This document shows positions 10,333-22,420 of a stretch of DNA of 64,000 nucleotides, in pieces. A model generated the notes under the pieces. That model did not search any database. It saw only the letters and a list, made by a program, of their open reading frames with translations, and was not told where the DNA came from. Source of the stretch: an uncultured Bordetella sp. (GTDB taxonomy: Bacteria > Pseudomonadota > Gammaproteobacteria > Burkholderiales > Burkholderiaceae_C); assembly GCA_964641795.1 (NCBI GenBank), contig CAZXLI010000003.1, forward strand, positions 4,766 to 68,765, read 5' to 3'. How positions within the stretch are numbered: the first letter of the stretch is position 1; each line of letters opens with the position of its first letter. The translations under genes and the position numbers were made by a program.

Positions 10333-11115
10333 TCACTCCATCAGGTCGGCAAAGCTGGGCCGCTGGGCATTGACGCGCTCGCGCAGCGCGATCATCGTGT
10401 CGGCCTCGGCCAGGAAGGCATCGACCACGCGCGGGTCGAAGGCGCGGCCGCGCTCGGCGCGCAGCATTTCCAGCGCCACCGGGTCGGGGAAGGCCTTGCG
10501 GTAGACCCGATCCATCGTCAGCGCGTCGAAGAAATCGACCACCGCGACGATGCGGCCCGACAGCGGGATGGCCTCGCCGCTCAGGCCCGCGGGGTAGCCG
10601 CTGCCGTCCCAGCGCTCGTGGTGCGTCATCGACACCTCGGCGGCCAGCTGGAACAGCGGGATGCGCGAGCGGCCGAGGATCTCGGCGCCGATGGCCGGGT
10701 GGCCCTTCATCACCAGCCGCTCCTCGGGGCTCAGCGCGCCGGGCTTCTTCAACACGCTGTCGGGGATGCCGATCTTGCCGATGTCGTGCATCGGCGCGGC
10801 CTGGCGCAGCAGCCGGGCCCAGGCCGGGCGCTCGCCCAGCTTCAGCGCCAGCGCCTGCGCGAAATAGGCGATGCGCACGATGTGCACGCCGGTGTCGTCG
10901 TCCTTGAAGTCGGCCGCGATCGACAGGCGCAGCAGCGCCTCGTGGTGCGCGCGGGCCACTTCCTGCAGCGCGTCGTTGCGCTCCTGGTACATGCGGCGCA
11001 GGTCGGTGACCAGCTGCTCCATCTGCGCCGCGGCCGATTGGGCGAAGCACAGCGCGTCGGTGGGGTCGTCGGCCGGCGCGGGCTCGGCGATCAGCATGGC
11101 GTCCGAGAGCTTCAT
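10333..11115 (-). CDS. HD-GYP cyclic-dinucleotide phosphodiesterase
   Basis: MHDIGKIG and HHERWDGSGYPAGL, followed by D.FDALT..R.Y. Confidence 0.92.
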   Translation of the reverse strand: MKLSDAMLIAEPAPADDPTDALCFAQSAAAQMEQLVTDLRRMYQERNDALQEVARAHHEALLRLSIAADFKDDDTGVHIVRIAYFAQALALKLGERPAWARLLRQAAPMHDIGKIGIPDSVLKKPGALSPEERLVMKGHPAIGAEILGRSRIPLFQLAAEVSMTHHERWDGSGYPAGLSGEAIPLSGRIVAVVDFFDALTMDRVYRKAFPDPVALEMLRAERGRAFDPRVVDAFLAEADTMIALRERVNAQRPSFADLME

Positions 11116-11498
11116 CGCACGGCCTCGCCGGCGCCGGTGTGGCGCTGGATGGTCTCCAGCAGCGCCAGCGGGCTGAAGGGCTTGAGCAGGTAGGCGTCGG
11201 CCCCGGCAGACATGCCGGCCTCGATGTCGCGGCTCTGGCCACGGGCGCTGAGCAGGATGATGCGGGTGTGGGCCAGCGCAGGGTTGGCGCGCAGGCGGCG
11301 GCAGGCTTCGAGCCCGTCGTAGGCGCCCGGCATCATCACGTCCAGCAGCACCACATCGGGCCGCAGGTCTTGTGCCGCTGCCACGGCATCGGGCGCGTTG
11401 CCGACTTCCTGGATCAGGTGGTCCTCGAACTCCAGCGTCATGCGGATCAGCTTGCGGATGTCGGCATGGTCTTCGACGATCAGCGTGGTCAGGGGCAT
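11112..11498 (-). CDS. Single-domain (CheY-like) response regulator
   Basis: LIVED, LLDVMMP, GADAYLLKPF. 4-nt overlap with the HD-GYP start. Confidence 0.9.
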   Translation of the reverse strand: MPLTTLIVEDHADIRKLIRMTLEFEDHLIQEVGNAPDAVAAAQDLRPDVVLLDVMMPGAYDGLEACRRLRANPALAHTRIILLSARGQSRDIEAGMSAGADAYLLKPFSPLALLETIQRHTGAGEAVR

Positions 11499-11526
11499 GG
11501 GCAACCTCGTGCGGCGATGCGGGGTT

Positions 11527-13185
11527 TCAGGGCAGGCGGAAGTGCGCGACTTCGGCCGAGAGGCCGTCGGCCTGCTCGCGCATCGCGGCCGCCGCGGCGG
11601 CGGTCTGCTCCACCAGCGCGGCGTTCTGCTGCGTGGTGCGGTCGAGTTCCTGGATCGCCTGGCCGAGCTGGGCGATGCCGGCACTCTGCTCGCGTGCGCC
11701 GGTGGCCACCTCGCCGAGCAGTTCGTCGACGCGGCGCGATGAGCCGACGATGTCGGCCATCGTCTCGCCGGCCCGGCGCACGATGCCGGTGCCGGCTTCC
11801 ACCTGCTCGACGCTGCCGACGATCAGCGTCTTGATCTCCTTGGCGGCCGAGGCGCTGCGCTGCGCGAGGCTGCGTACTTCGGACGCTACGACCGCGAAGC
11901 CGCGACCCTGCTCGCCGGCGCGCGCGGCTTCCACCGCGGCATTGAGCGCGAGGATGTTGGTCTGGAACGCGATGCCGTCGATCGTGCCGATGATCTCGGC
12001 AATGCGCGACGACGAGCCGCGGATCGCCTCCATCGTGCTGACCACCTGGCCCATCACGCGGCCGCCGTTGTCGGCCACTTCGGCGTTGTGGCGCGCCACT
12101 TCCGCGGCCTGGGCGGTGAGCTCGGCGCCGCTCCTCACGGTGGCCGAGATCTGCTCCATCGAAGCGGCCGATTGCTCGAGGCTGGCCGCGGCGGCCTCGG
12201 TGCGCGCGGAGAGGTCCATCGCGCCATGGGCGATCTCGCCGGCCGAGCCGAGGATGCCGTCGCTCGAGCCGCGCACGCGGCCGACCACCGAGCGCAGCGA
12301 ATCCTGCATGCTGCGCAGGTCGAGCATCAGCTCGGCCGCTTCGTCGCGGCCCCAGGGCGCGGGTGAGGTGGTCAGGTCGCCGGCGGTCATGGCCCGCAGG
12401 TGGCGGCGCGTTTCCTTCAAGCCGCCGTCGATCACGCGGTAGAAGCACAGGAACAGGTAGGACACCAGCAGCACCGTGCCCAGTACGACGCCGGCGATCT
12501 CCAGGGCCTCGCGTTGCTCGGCCTGCTTCAGGTCGCCGATGTAGACGCCCGAGCCGACGATCCAGCCCCAGGGCTCGAAGCCCTGCACGTAGGAGACCTT
12601 GTCCACCGGCTTGTCGGCGCCGGGCTTGGGCCACTGGTAGTGGACGAAGCCCTTGCCGCTCTTGCGCACCGTCTCGACCATGGCCTGGAACAGCGCGAAG
12701 CCGTTCGGGTCCTTCATCGCCCCGATGTCCTGGCCGTTCAGCTCGGGCTTCATCGGGTGCATCAGCATGCGCGGCTGCAGGTCGTTGACCCAGAAGTATT
12801 CGCTGCCGTCGTAGCGCAGCTGGCTGATGGCCTGCAGTGCCTGGCGCTGCGCCTGCTCGCGGGGCATGCGGCCGGCGGCTTCCTCGCCCTGGGCCCAGGC
12901 GATCAGGCTGTGGGCCACCTCGACATGCTGGCGTGTGGCCTCCATGCGCGCGGCCAGCGCGTCGTCGTAGCCCGACTGCAGCATCCAGCCCAGCAACGCC
13001 AGCACCGGCAGCAGGAAGGCCAGCGAGATGATCATCGCCTTGGCGCTGAAGCGCAGCTGGCGGAACAGCCGCACGCCGGGCGCCCACAGGCCGTGGTGGG
13101 CGAAGAAGCCGGCCGGGCCGGCGTCGGCAGAAGTGGCGGCAGCACCGGCCGCCGGTGCGGTCCAGCCGGTCGTGAGCGTTGACAT
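11527..13185 (-). CDS. Methyl-accepting chemotaxis protein with sCache domain
   Basis: YFWVND..MLMHP Cache motif, [34 protein letters not shown]. Confidence 0.95.
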   Translation of the reverse strand: MSTLTTGWTAPAAGAAATSADAGPAGFFAHHGLWAPGVRLFRQLRFSAKAMIISLAFLLPVLALLGWMLQSGYDDALAARMEATRQHVEVAHSLIAWAQGEEAAGRMPREQAQRQALQAISQLRYDGSEYFWVNDLQPRMLMHPMKPELNGQDIGAMKDPNGFALFQAMVETVRKSGKGFVHYQWPKPGADKPVDKVSYVQGFEPWGWIVGSGVYIGDLKQAEQREALEIAGVVLGTVLLVSYLFLCFYRVIDGGLKETRRHLRAMTAGDLTTSPAPWGRDEAAELMLDLRSMQDSLRSVVGRVRGSSDGILGSAGEIAHGAMDLSARTEAAAASLEQSAASMEQISATVRSGAELTAQAAEVARHNAEVADNGGRVMGQVVSTMEAIRGSSSRIAEIIGTIDGIAFQTNILALNAAVEAARAGEQGRGFAVVASEVRSLAQRSASAAKEIKTLIVGSVEQVEAGTGIVRRAGETMADIVGSSRRVDELLGEVATGAREQSAGIAQLGQAIQELDRTTQQNAALVEQTAAAAAAMREQADGLSAEVAHFRLP

Positions 13186-13260
13186 GATGGGCGGTTTCCT
13201 GGTCGTTCGATGCGCCCTGGCGGGCGCCCGTGCCGGCGGCCTGCGCCGCGCGTGATCGGG

Positions 13261-13287
13261 CTATCGACCGGAATCCGTCAATCTTTA
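13261..13287 (-). promoter_or_regulatory. Sigma-28 (FliA) promoter of the MCP/CheY/HD-GYP operon
   Basis: Minus strand reads TAAA-N15-GTCGATAG, close to the consensus TAAA-N15-GCCGATAA with exact spacing, upstream of an MCP. Confidence 0.72.
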
Positions 13288-13361
13288 ATAGAAGTGATAA
13301 TTAGGGTGAAATTGTTGGCATCAAATCGCCATCCGCCGCGCGGGCGGCGGCGACGACCGGC

Positions 13362-16300
13362 TCAGCCGCTGCCCGCCGTGCCACCGGCCGAGAGCACCCG
13401 CTGCAGGGTCATGCGCATGCGGTTGGCATCGATCGGCTTGGTCAGGAAGTCGTTCATGCCGATCTCGGCCGCGCGCTCGCGCTCGGAGGTCAGCGCCGCG
13501 GCGGTCAACGCGATGATCGGCAGCTCCAGCAGCGAGTAGTGCTGGCGCAGCAGCCGCGTCGCTTCGTAGCCGCTCATGCCGGGCATCTGCACGTCCATCA
13601 GCACCACGTCGAAGGGGCGGCCGGCTTCGGTGGCGGCGGCCACCGCGTCCAGGGCCTGCGGGCCGTCGCCGGCCTGCGCGACCACCGCGCCCCACTGCTC
13701 GAGCAGCGCCACGCCGATCATCATGTTGACGGCGTTGTCCTCCACCAGCAGCACGTGCGCGCCGCGCAGCGGGTCGCTGTCCAGCGCGCCGTGGCCGGAG
13801 ACCGTCGCGATGTTCTGCTCGGGCGGCAGCGGCAGCTCGGCATGGAAGCAGCTGCCCTCGCCGGGCCGGCTGCTGACGCCGACCTCGCCGCCCATCAGCT
13901 CGGCCAGCTCGCGGCAGATCGACAGGCCGAGGCCGGTGCCGCCGAAGCGCCGGGTGATCGACTCGTCGGCCTGCGTGAAGGGCTTGAACAGCCGCGCCTG
14001 GGTGGCTTCGTCGATGCCCAGGCCGGTGTCGTGCACCTCGAAGCGGATGCGATCGCCGGCAGCCGGCTTGACCAGCAGAGTCAGCCCGCCGCGCGGCGTG
14101 AACTTCAGCGCGTTGTGCAGGAAGTTGGCGAGGATCTGGCGCACCCGCAGCGCATCGCCGCGCACCGCCTGCGGCACGCGCGGATCGATGCTGACGACGA
14201 ACTGCAGCCCGTGGCTGTCGGCCAGCGCGCTGTAGGCCTGCTGCAGCGAGTGCAGCAGTTCCAGCAGGTCGAAGGGCGCGGCCTCGACCTCCAGCTTGCC
14301 GGCCTCGATCTTCGACAGGTCGAGGATGTCCGAGATGATGGCCGACAGCGTCTCGGCGCCGGCGCCGATCTGCTCGAGGTAGTGATCCAGCCGCGCCGGA
14401 TCGACGTTAGGCTGGCGCGCCAGCCGGGCCAGGCCGACCAGCCCGTTCAACGGCGTGCGGATCTCGTGGCTGGTGTTGGCCAGGAAGGCGCTCTTCGCGC
14501 GGTTGGCGGCCTCGGCCTCGTCGCGCGCGCGGGCCAGCGCGGCCTCGGCCTGGCGCTGCGCGGTCACGTCCTCGGCGATCCAGATCGTGCCGCTTTCGTT
14601 CGGGTGGTCGGGGTCGATCGCCTTGGCCCGCATGCGCACGACGAAGGTGCTGCCGTCGCGCCGGGCGGCGATGCGTTCGAACTCCACCTGCTCGCCGCGG
14701 CGCAGCGGCCGGCTGACCTCGGCGCCGAGGCTGTCGTAGTCGGCGTCGCTGGGCCACACCACGCGGCCGGGCTGGCCGACGATGGCGCCGGGTGGCCAGC
14801 CGTACATCTGCTCGAAGTGCGGGTTCACCATCACGAAGCAGCGTTCGCGCGTGAAGGCGATGCCGATCGAGGCGTTGTCGAGGATGGCCTCGCGCTCCAG
14901 GCGCTGGCGCGAGGCCTCGCTCAGGTCGCGCGCATTGATCACGACGAAGTCGCGCCCGTCGCGCTGGAAGCGGGTGGCCGAGACCAGCAGGCGCACGCTG
15001 CTGCCGTCGCGCCGGACGAAGTCGACGCCGGCGTCCTGCACGGAACCCTTCTCCAGCACCTGCTGCATCACGCGGCGGCGGGCGGTTTCGTCGGGCCAGA
15101 TGCCGACCTCGATCGCGGTGCGGCCCTCGACCTCGGCGGCCGGGTAGCCGGTGACGCGGGTGAAGCTCGGGTTCACCATCTCGTAGCGGCCGGTCTGCAG
15201 GTCGGTCAGCGTGATGATGTCCGGGCTCATCGACACCACCTGCGACAGCAGCGCCTGCGAACGGCGCAGCGCCTGCTCGGCGGCCTGCTGTGCGGTGAGG
15301 TCGACGAAGATCGACAGCGTCGCGGCCTCGCCGTCGGTGTCGGCCCGCACCGCGGTCTCGCTCACCAGCAGCTGCTGCCCGCTGCGGGTGACCATCAGCG
15401 CCTGGACCGCGGGCAGCGCGTCGCCGGGCGCGAGCTGCGGGATCTGCTCCGCCCGCTGACGCGCGAAGTGAGCGGCCTCGGGAGAAGGGTACATGCCGGT
15501 CAGGTCGGCGCCGATCATCGCGGCCACCGCCTCGAAGCCGAACAGCGCCGCCGCTGCCGGGTTCGCGTCGAGCACCACGCCCAGCCGGTGCAGCACCAGC
15601 GGCGTCGGCGCGCGGCGGAACAGCTCCTCGTAGCGCTGCTCGGTGGCCATCAGCACCTCGCGCGCCTTGTGCTCGGCGGACACGTCGCGCACCACGCCCC
15701 AGTAGCCGATGAAGCGGCCTTCCTTGTCGTGCTGCGGCTCGCCGCTGGCGAGGAAGTGGCGCAGCGGCGCACCCGGCGAGGCCCAGGTCAGCACCAGGTC
15801 GCGGAAGGCGCTGCGCGATTCCATGTCGGCGCGCAGCGTGTCCAGTGCCTCGTCGTCGAAGCGCAGCTCGTCCAGGTCCCAGGGCGCCCGCCGCGGCAGC
15901 TGGGGTTGCGGCACGAACTGGCCGCGCTCGTCGCGCAGCGAGGCATGGCACAGCCGCAGCTGCTCGTCGGTTTCCCAGTAGGCCGCCGCGGCAATGCCGA
16001 GCAGCCCGCGGAAGCGCTGCTCGCGTTCGGTTGATTCGTGCACGTGGGCGGCCACCAGCTGCGCCACCAGCCTGCCGGCCGCGGCACCGATCACCACCGC
16101 GGCCAGCTGGGCCAGCGTGCGCGCGGGCAGCGGCACCAGGCTGGCGCCGCGCACGGCCGGGGCCAGCCCCGTCAGCTCGGAGGCGGCCAGCACCAGCACC
16201 ACGCCGCTGGCCGCGGCAGCCACCATCAGGCCGTGCCGCGGTTCGGCCACGATGCAGCAGATGCAGGTGAGCAACGGGAAGAACACCAGCCCGGGGGCCT

Positions 16301-16601
16301 GCAGGCCCAGCCCGTTGCCGATGGCGCGCGAGCCCACCATCGCCAGCCCGCCGAGGGCCACCACCAGCAGCGCGCGCTGAGCCTGGTGCAGCCGCAGGCG
16401 CGTCGCGGCCAGGCTGCCGGCAGCCAGCACCAGGTACCCGACGGCCAGGCCATGGTTGACCGGGTTGCTGCGCGTGCCGGGGTCGATCAGCAGGTTGGCG
16501 ATGGCGGCCAGGCCCGCGATCGCGCAGCCGATGAAGAAGGTGCGCAGCACCGCGAGCCGCAGGCTGTCCTGGGTCCGGGTCTGCGGCAGCGGGCTGGACA
16601 C
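13362..16601 (-). CDS. Hybrid sensor histidine kinase (TM region, multiple PAS, HisKA, HATPase, REC)
   Basis: ANTSHEIRTPL, NALKF, FGGTGLGL and a C-terminal REC (VEDN, MDVQMP, KP). GTG start approximate. Confidence 0.92.
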   Translation of the reverse strand: MSSPLPQTRTQDSLRLAVLRTFFIGCAIAGLAAIANLLIDPGTRSNPVNHGLAVGYLVLAAGSLAATRLRLHQAQRALLVVALGGLAMVGSRAIGNGLGLQAPGLVFFPLLTCICCIVAEPRHGLMVAAAASGVVLVLAASELTGLAPAVRGASLVPLPARTLAQLAAVVIGAAAGRLVAQLVAAHVHESTEREQRFRGLLGIAAAAYWETDEQLRLCHASLRDERGQFVPQPQLPRRAPWDLDELRFDDEALDTLRADMESRSAFRDLVLTWASPGAPLRHFLASGEPQHDKEGRFIGYWGVVRDVSAEHKAREVLMATEQRYEELFRRAPTPLVLHRLGVVLDANPAAAALFGFEAVAAMIGADLTGMYPSPEAAHFARQRAEQIPQLAPGDALPAVQALMVTRSGQQLLVSETAVRADTDGEAATLSIFVDLTAQQAAEQALRRSQALLSQVVSMSPDIITLTDLQTGRYEMVNPSFTRVTGYPAAEVEGRTAIEVGIWPDETARRRVMQQVLEKGSVQDAGVDFVRRDGSSVRLLVSATRFQRDGRDFVVINARDLSEASRQRLEREAILDNASIGIAFTRERCFVMVNPHFEQMYGWPPGAIVGQPGRVVWPSDADYDSLGAEVSRPLRRGEQVEFERIAARRDGSTFVVRMRAKAIDPDHPNESGTIWIAEDVTAQRQAEAALARARDEAEAANRAKSAFLANTSHEIRTPLNGLVGLARLARQPNVDPARLDHYLEQIGAGAETLSAIISDILDLSKIEAGKLEVEAAPFDLLELLHSLQQAYSALADSHGLQFVVSIDPRVPQAVRGDALRVRQILANFLHNALKFTPRGGLTLLVKPAAGDRIRFEVHDTGLGIDEATQARLFKPFTQADESITRRFGGTGLGLSICRELAELMGGEVGVSSRPGEGSCFHAELPLPPEQNIATVSGHGALDSDPLRGAHVLLVEDNAVNMMIGVALLEQWGAVVAQAGDGPQALDAVAAATEAGRPFDVVLMDVQMPGMSGYEATRLLRQHYSLLELPIIALTAAALTSERERAAEIGMNDFLTKPIDANRMRMTLQRVLSAGGTAGSG

Positions 16602-16632
16602 GGGGCGGGCTCCGGTGACTGCAGCCCGCCGG

Positions 16633-17481
16633 TCAGGCGGTGGTCTTGGCGGCGGCCAGCGCCTGTCGGGTGCTCTGGGCCACCGCGCGCGCCGCCTGCG
16701 CGAAGTCGGCGCCGGCCGAGGCGTAGAGCACCGCGCGCGACGAGTTGACGATGATCGGCGCCAGCGTGCGGCCTTGCGCATCGCCCCGCCAGCCGGCGCG
16801 CACGGTGGCCGCCGCATCGCCGCCTTGGGCGCCGACGCCGGGAATCAGCAGCGGCAAGGTGGGCGCCAGCGCGCGCACGCGCTCGATCTCGGCCGGGAAG
16901 GTGGCGCCCACCACCAGGCCCAGCTGGCCATTGCGGTTCCAGGGTCCGGCTGCCAGCCGCGCGATGCGCTCGTACAGCAGCTCGCCGCCTTCGAGCCGTT
17001 GCGCCTGCAGGTCGCTGCCGCCGGGATTGGAGGTGCGGCACAGCAGGATCAGGCCCTTGCCCTCGTGGCGCAGGTAGGGCTCGATCGAATCGAAGCCCAT
17101 GAACGGGGAGAGCGTTACTGCATCGGCCTGGTAGCGCTCGAAGGCCTCGCGGGCGTACTGCTCGGCGGTGGCGCCGATGTCGCCGCGCTTGGCGTCCAGG
17201 ATCACCGGCACTTCGGGCGCCACGCGGCGGATGTGCGCCATCAGCCGCTCCAGCTGGTCCTCGGCGCGCTGCGCCGCGAAGTAGGCGATCTGCGGCTTGA
17301 AGGCCAGCACCAGGTCCTTGGTGGCGTCGACGATGGCGGCACAGAAATCGAAGATGCGGCCAGCATCACCCTGCCAGGCGCCGGGAAAGCGTGCCGGCTC
17401 GGGATCGAGCCCGACACAGAGCAGGGAATCGTTGCGGTGTTCGGCGGCGGCGAGGCGGGCGGCAAAGGAGGTGGACGGCAT
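16633..17481 (-). CDS. pyrF: Orotidine-5'-phosphate decarboxylase
   Basis: [39 protein letters not shown]. Confidence 0.96.
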   Translation of the reverse strand: MPSTSFAARLAAAEHRNDSLLCVGLDPEPARFPGAWQGDAGRIFDFCAAIVDATKDLVLAFKPQIAYFAAQRAEDQLERLMAHIRRVAPEVPVILDAKRGDIGATAEQYAREAFERYQADAVTLSPFMGFDSIEPYLRHEGKGLILLCRTSNPGGSDLQAQRLEGGELLYERIARLAAGPWNRNGQLGLVVGATFPAEIERVRALAPTLPLLIPGVGAQGGDAAATVRAGWRGDAQGRTLAPIIVNSSRAVLYASAGADFAQAARAVAQSTRQALAAAKTTA

Positions 17482-17575
17482 CGGAGGGTGGCAGGCGGCA
17501 GGTCGCCGATTCTCCCGCGTCCGGGCGGCGGGTGTGCCGGCCCACAATCGGGGGCCCCCGGCTGCCTCGACGCCC

Positions 17576-18502
17576 ATGCAGATCCTCCACACCGATCGCC
17601 TGCGCCTGCGCTGGTTCCGCGAATCCGACGCCGGCTTCGTGCGCCGCCTGCTGAACGAGCCCTCGTGGATCGCCAACATCGGCGACCGCCAGATCCACAG
17701 CGACGAAGACGCGCTGGACTACATCCGCACCCGCCTGCTGGCCAACTACTGGCGCCAGGGCTTCGGCTTCTGGGCGGTGGAGCGGCGCGACGACGGCGCG
17801 CTGATCGGCATGTGCGGGCTCACGCAGCGCGACAGCCTGCCCGAGCCCGACATCGGCTACGCGCTGCTGCCGGTCGCCTGGGGCCGCGGCTATGCGCGCG
17901 AGGCGGCGGCCGCCTGCCTGCGCTACGCGCGCGAGGTGCTGGGCCTGCGAAAGCTGCTGGCCATCACCGCGCCGCACAACCTGGCGTCGCAGCGTGTGCT
18001 GCTCGACATCGGCCTGGTGCCGGGCGACCCGCCGCGCGTGCACGGCGACGAGGGCGAGAGCTGCCAGTTCGTCTGGCGCGAGCAGGCCCCCGAGGCAGAC
18101 ACCCCGGCGGCGCAGATCGACGCCTTGATCGGGCGCTTCTTTGCGGCCTTCGGCAACCGCGGCGGCGCGCTGCCGACGCTGCCCGCGCTGCCGCACTGGT
18201 GCCTGCCCGAGGCGCGCATCCAGCGCTGCGACGCCACCGGTGTGGCAACGCTCGACCTGCACGGCTTCATTGCGCCGCGTGCCGAGCTGTTGGCCAGCGG
18301 CCGGCTGCGCGAGTTCGAGGAACACGAGACGGCGCAGCGCACCGACATCGACGGCGGCATCGCGCAGCGCTGGTCGCACTACCGCAAGTGCGGCGTGCTC
18401 GACGGCCTGGCCTTCGCGGCCGAAGGGCGCAAGGCCTTCCAGCTGGTGCGCACGCCCCAGGGCTGGAAGATCGCGGCGCTGGCCTGGCAGGACGTGGACT
18501 GA
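17576..18502 (+). CDS. GNAT (RimJ/RimL-type) acetyltransferase fused to an NTF2/DUF4440-like domain
   Basis: [25 protein letters not shown]-terminal domain ends '[23 protein letters not shown]'. Confidence 0.8.
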   Translation: MQILHTDRLRLRWFRESDAGFVRRLLNEPSWIANIGDRQIHSDEDALDYIRTRLLANYWRQGFGFWAVERRDDGALIGMCGLTQRDSLPEPDIGYALLPVAWGRGYAREAAAACLRYAREVLGLRKLLAITAPHNLASQRVLLDIGLVPGDPPRVHGDEGESCQFVWREQAPEADTPAAQIDALIGRFFAAFGNRGGALPTLPALPHWCLPEARIQRCDATGVATLDLHGFIAPRAELLASGRLREFEEHETAQRTDIDGGIAQRWSHYRKCGVLDGLAFAAEGRKAFQLVRTPQGWKIAALAWQDVD

Positions 18503-18778
18503 TGGTCGTCAAAGTGAGCGGCCGTCTGCCGCGCGGTGCAAGCCGGCCCACGGATCTGCGTCGAGCACGCCCGACAAGCGTGTCGTGAAGCCCCGGCCAT
18601 CAATCAGGTGACCCCGCAGGACGCCACGTTGGCGGAGCAGCGCAGCGCTGCCTCGCAAAGTCTGCCGCAGCAGGCGTGCAGGCGGGTCGCCGCGGTCGGC
18701 GTTTGCCGTTGACAGGCCGCCCCCGCCGACGCAGCATCGGCGCTCAGCCCCGCTCTGGTCCGCCGCGACACTCCTTCG

Positions 18779-20725
<1,947 letters not shown>

Positions 20726-22420
20726 CGCTCCCGCCGTCGAGCGGGAGCGCCAGCAACGGCGTGCGGATCAGCGCGCCATCGGGCGTTTCGAGGCCGACAC
20801 GCAGTTGCGCGGGATCGGTCAGGGGCGTCATCGCATCCGGCACGAAGGGCAACACGCCGGCGCGCGGCAATGCCAGCCGGCCGACGCGGCGGATGTCGAA
20901 CACCGGCCGACCCTCGCTGCCTTCGATGTGCCAGCGGAAGAGGCGGTACCGGCCCTGGCGCTCGATCGCCAGCTGCACCTGCAGCGGCCGCCCGGCGCCC
21001 GCCTGCAACCGGCGCTGGTGGTCCTGCACCCGACGTTCATAGTCCTCGCCCAGCGGCCGCAGGCAACGGCAGTCGTCGCGCCAGGCCATGACCGTGCGGC
21101 CCTGCGCCGGGCCGAGGGCCATCAGGGCCTCGATGTCGGGCAGCACCTCGGCCGAGGGCTGGCCATTGACGCGGGCGGCGGCCTGACGCATCAGCTCGCG
21201 GTAACCGACCTGCACGAACGCATGCGGCAGCAGGAACTGGCCGGCACCGGGCCGCGCCAGGAAGGCGTTCTCGGCCGCACTCGGTGGGTGGGTCGCGCGC
21301 AGGCGCTCGACCACCTGCTGCTGGCCCAGCACCTGCAGCACCACCAGCGGCAACAGCAGCCAGGCCATTGCCGGCCGCTGCCGGGCCCGCAGCACGACCA
21401 GGACCGCCAGGGTCCAGCCGAGCGCCAGCCCGAGCCGCTCGACACCATACGGAAAGTCCGTCAGCAGCAGCATCGGCAGCACCGGCACCAGCAGCATCGC
21501 GGCAGCGCCGAGGGTCAGGCCGGGAGGCAGGCGACGGCGCCATGGCACCAGCAGCAGGAGGGCGATCGTCAGCAGTGCCAGCAGGCCGGTCCAGCCCGGG
21601 CCGACCACCAGCCGGCGCAGACCCGCCAGCACCCACGGCAGCGCGGCCCAGCCATGCTGCAGGCCCGGGCCGCCAACGGCCGCAGCCACCGCATAGCCGC
21701 CGATGCCGCCCAGCACCCACAGCCGCAGCAGCGTGTAGCCCAGCGCCACCATCAGCACGGGTGCGAGCCGGCGCAAGCGCAGGCGCCAGGGGGCGGCGGG
21801 CCACAGCGCCAGCACCAGGGGCAGCGGGACGTACAACTCCTTGCACAGGCACGCCAGTGCGTACAGCGTGGCAGAGGCCATCGCCCAGGGCAGGCTGTCC
21901 TGCCGCAGCGCGCGTCGCCAGGCGGCGATGGCCAGCAGCGTGAACAGCAGGCCATACGCGTAATGCACCGTCATCAGGGTCTGGGCGATCGCCGCGGTGC
22001 CCGGCATTGCGAGGAAGAGCACTGCCGCGGTCAACGCGAGCGGGCCGCCGACGGTGGCGCGCAGCAGCCGCCAGGTGACGAAGGCGCTGCCCCAGAGCAC
22101 CAGCAGCAGCAAGCCGTAATGGCCACGCGGCTGCAGCCCGAACAGCGCCAGCCCGATCTCGTAGCCGAAGGTGCCCCAGGGCGTGATGAAGGCATGCGAC
22201 TGGTATCGCATCACCTCGAGCTGGGTGAAGTACTGCCACGGCGAGAAGCGCGTGACGAAGGCGAGCACGCCCGGATCGTCGAACTGCCAGCCGTTGTCCA
22301 GCGCGCGGCCGTGCAGCGCCAGGCAGGCCAGCGCCAGCAGCAGCGCGGCAGCCAGCGGCTGCGAGGCCAGGCGCGCCGGCAGCAGGGGGCGGGCCGCTAC
22401 GGCCGGCCCTGCCGGCGGGA

